Origin: Granulicella sp.
Lineage (GTDB): Bacteria; Acidobacteriota; Terriglobia; Terriglobales; Acidobacteriaceae
DNA: 38,420 nt
Assembly (NCBI GenBank): GCA_027339965.1
Contig: DAHWNL010000020.1
Coordinates: 1-38,420 of the forward strand
Direction of reading: 5' to 3'
Position numbers and translations under genes: made by a program. Below, in pieces: positions 37,303 to 38,420 of this stretch. The notes beneath the pieces were generated by a model. The model was not told where the DNA came from and did not search any database. It saw nothing but the letters and a program-made list of their open reading frames with translations. Position 1 is the stretch's first letter; each line of letters starts with the position of its first letter.

Positions 37303-38314
37303 TTACGGAGCGTAATGGAACGATTTGTCCGGGTACGGCGGGTGCGGAGGAACGGGCCGCGGATCCGCTTTGATCTGCTGTTGCAGCAATTGAATCGCGG
37401 CCTGCAACTGCGCGTCCTGGCCCGTAAAGGTGGCGTGGAGAAGGTCGTCTACCTGGATGTCGGGATCCACGCCGTGGCCCTCGATCAGCCATTTGCCGTT
37501 CGCGGTATACACGCCCAGTTGCGCGGCGCTGGCAATGCCGTTATCCAGTTGGGTGTTGTTCATGGATAGCCAGATCTCACCGCCCCAGGTGCGCATGCCG
37601 ATCACCTTGCCAAGCTGGAAGTGCTCGAAGCCCGCAGTAAAGGCCTCGCCGTCAGAGGCCGTCTGCTGGTTGCACAGCACCACAATGTGCCCGCGGAAGG
37701 CGTCCTGCATGTTCCACGTCGGGTTGCCGACGCGCGGTTGCCAGTAGAACCACGCTTTGCGCAGCAGCTCGCCTAGCAGCCAGGAGTCGATGTTGCCCCC
37801 GCGGTTGTCCCGCACGTCAAGGATCAGCCCCTGGCGGTTGAAGATGGGGAAGTAGTCGCGGGCCCACTGGTCGATATCATCGGGCCCCATGGCGCGTAGA
37901 TGAACGTAGCCAATCGTACCGTGCGAGGCGCGATCCACCTCCAGGCACCGCGTGTACTCCCACTCGGCATAGCGCAGTTCGGCGTCCTGCTTTGCAGAGA
38001 TGGGCGTGGCCAGAACCTGGTGGATCTCTCCCTTCGGTGGCTTCACCTGCAGCAGAACCTGGGTTCCCGCCTTGCCGCGCAGCAACTCGCGAACGTCAGC
38101 CACGCTCGGCGTCGGCCTGCCGTCAATGGAGGTGATCACCTCGCCCTCCTCTACCAGAGACTCCGGCCGCGCCAGCGGCGGAGCCTCTCTCGGCCGATCC
38201 GGATCGTGCAGCTAGATGTGCTCCACCACATAGCCGCCGGCGGTTTCATCGCGGTGCAGGCGCGCGCCCAGCGACGCCAGCTCCACATCATCGCCGGGCT
38301 TGCGCATCGCCGCC
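37303..38314 (-). pseudogene. tricorn-type S41 protease, 3' remnant (PDZ + catalytic domain)
   Basis: GYVHLRAM, LDVRDNRGG, TASDGEAF, GMRTWGG, IEGHGVDPD. Homology continues in frame upstream through a TAG at 38212-38214 (GYVVEHI*LHDPD); the large N-terminal propeller region is absent. Confidence 0.85.
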
Positions 38315-38420
38315 GGCCGCTGGCGGCGCACAAAGGGGTTGGGGTTGACCCAGCGCACGGCGGGAAGCTCGATGGCCCCAGCACGATGGAGCATCAGCAG
38401 CAGTCCCCGGCAGACCATGT
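38315..38420 (-). pseudogene. fragment of a DUF4338 (DruA-like) protein, probably from a mobile element
   Basis: (D)MVCRGLLLMLHRAGAIELPAVRWVNPNPF resembles the N-terminal CRGLLL.L.RAG.I.LP motif of DUF4338 proteins (recognised from memory). It runs off the window edge. Confidence 0.6.

Noticed and set aside
38212..38214. In-frame TAG as amber recoding or readthrough
   Set aside because: TAG is an ordinary stop for rsbV, the M16 protease, ctpA, aroC, def and rsmB here, and the gene is also 5'-truncated, so pseudogenisation is simpler.

Overview
GC-rich bacterial chromosome segment, most likely from an Acidobacteriota (Terriglobia/Acidobacteriaceae-like) organism; this is inferred from gene content and style, not proven. 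It is mainly housekeeping and envelope genes: an SLBB polysaccharide export protein, an rsbW-rsbV-like partner switch, M16 and S41/CtpA proteases, a tandem USP, a beta-propeller/phosphoesterase, tRNA-Gly(CCC), a SurA-like PPIase, yhaM, aroC-def-fmt-rsmB, a minus-strand run (tatB, tatC, M28 enzyme, TerC, aroB, ubiE/menG, CDF, PASTA, PaaI) and two lipoproteins. Both edges carry mobile or decayed DNA: an IS5-family transposase start with its terminal IR on the left (missed by the ORF track), and on the right a deleted vapBC-type TA remnant and a tricorn-protease pseudogene fused to a DUF4338-like fragment. The best leads are: (1) a glutaminyl-cyclase-like M28 gene immediately after tatBC, together with Gln at a plausible +1 position in all 7 apparent SPase I substrates (a possible Acidobacterial 'Q-rule'); (2) a 118-bp IS630-type MITE with two full copies and decayed remnants; (3) AT-rich patches around and inside fmt with palindromes, a perfect DnaA box and an IHF-consensus site; (4) repeated TAnnnT elements 8-10 nt before start codons, suggesting leaderless mRNAs. 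No CRISPR array, prophage or intact defence system was seen.
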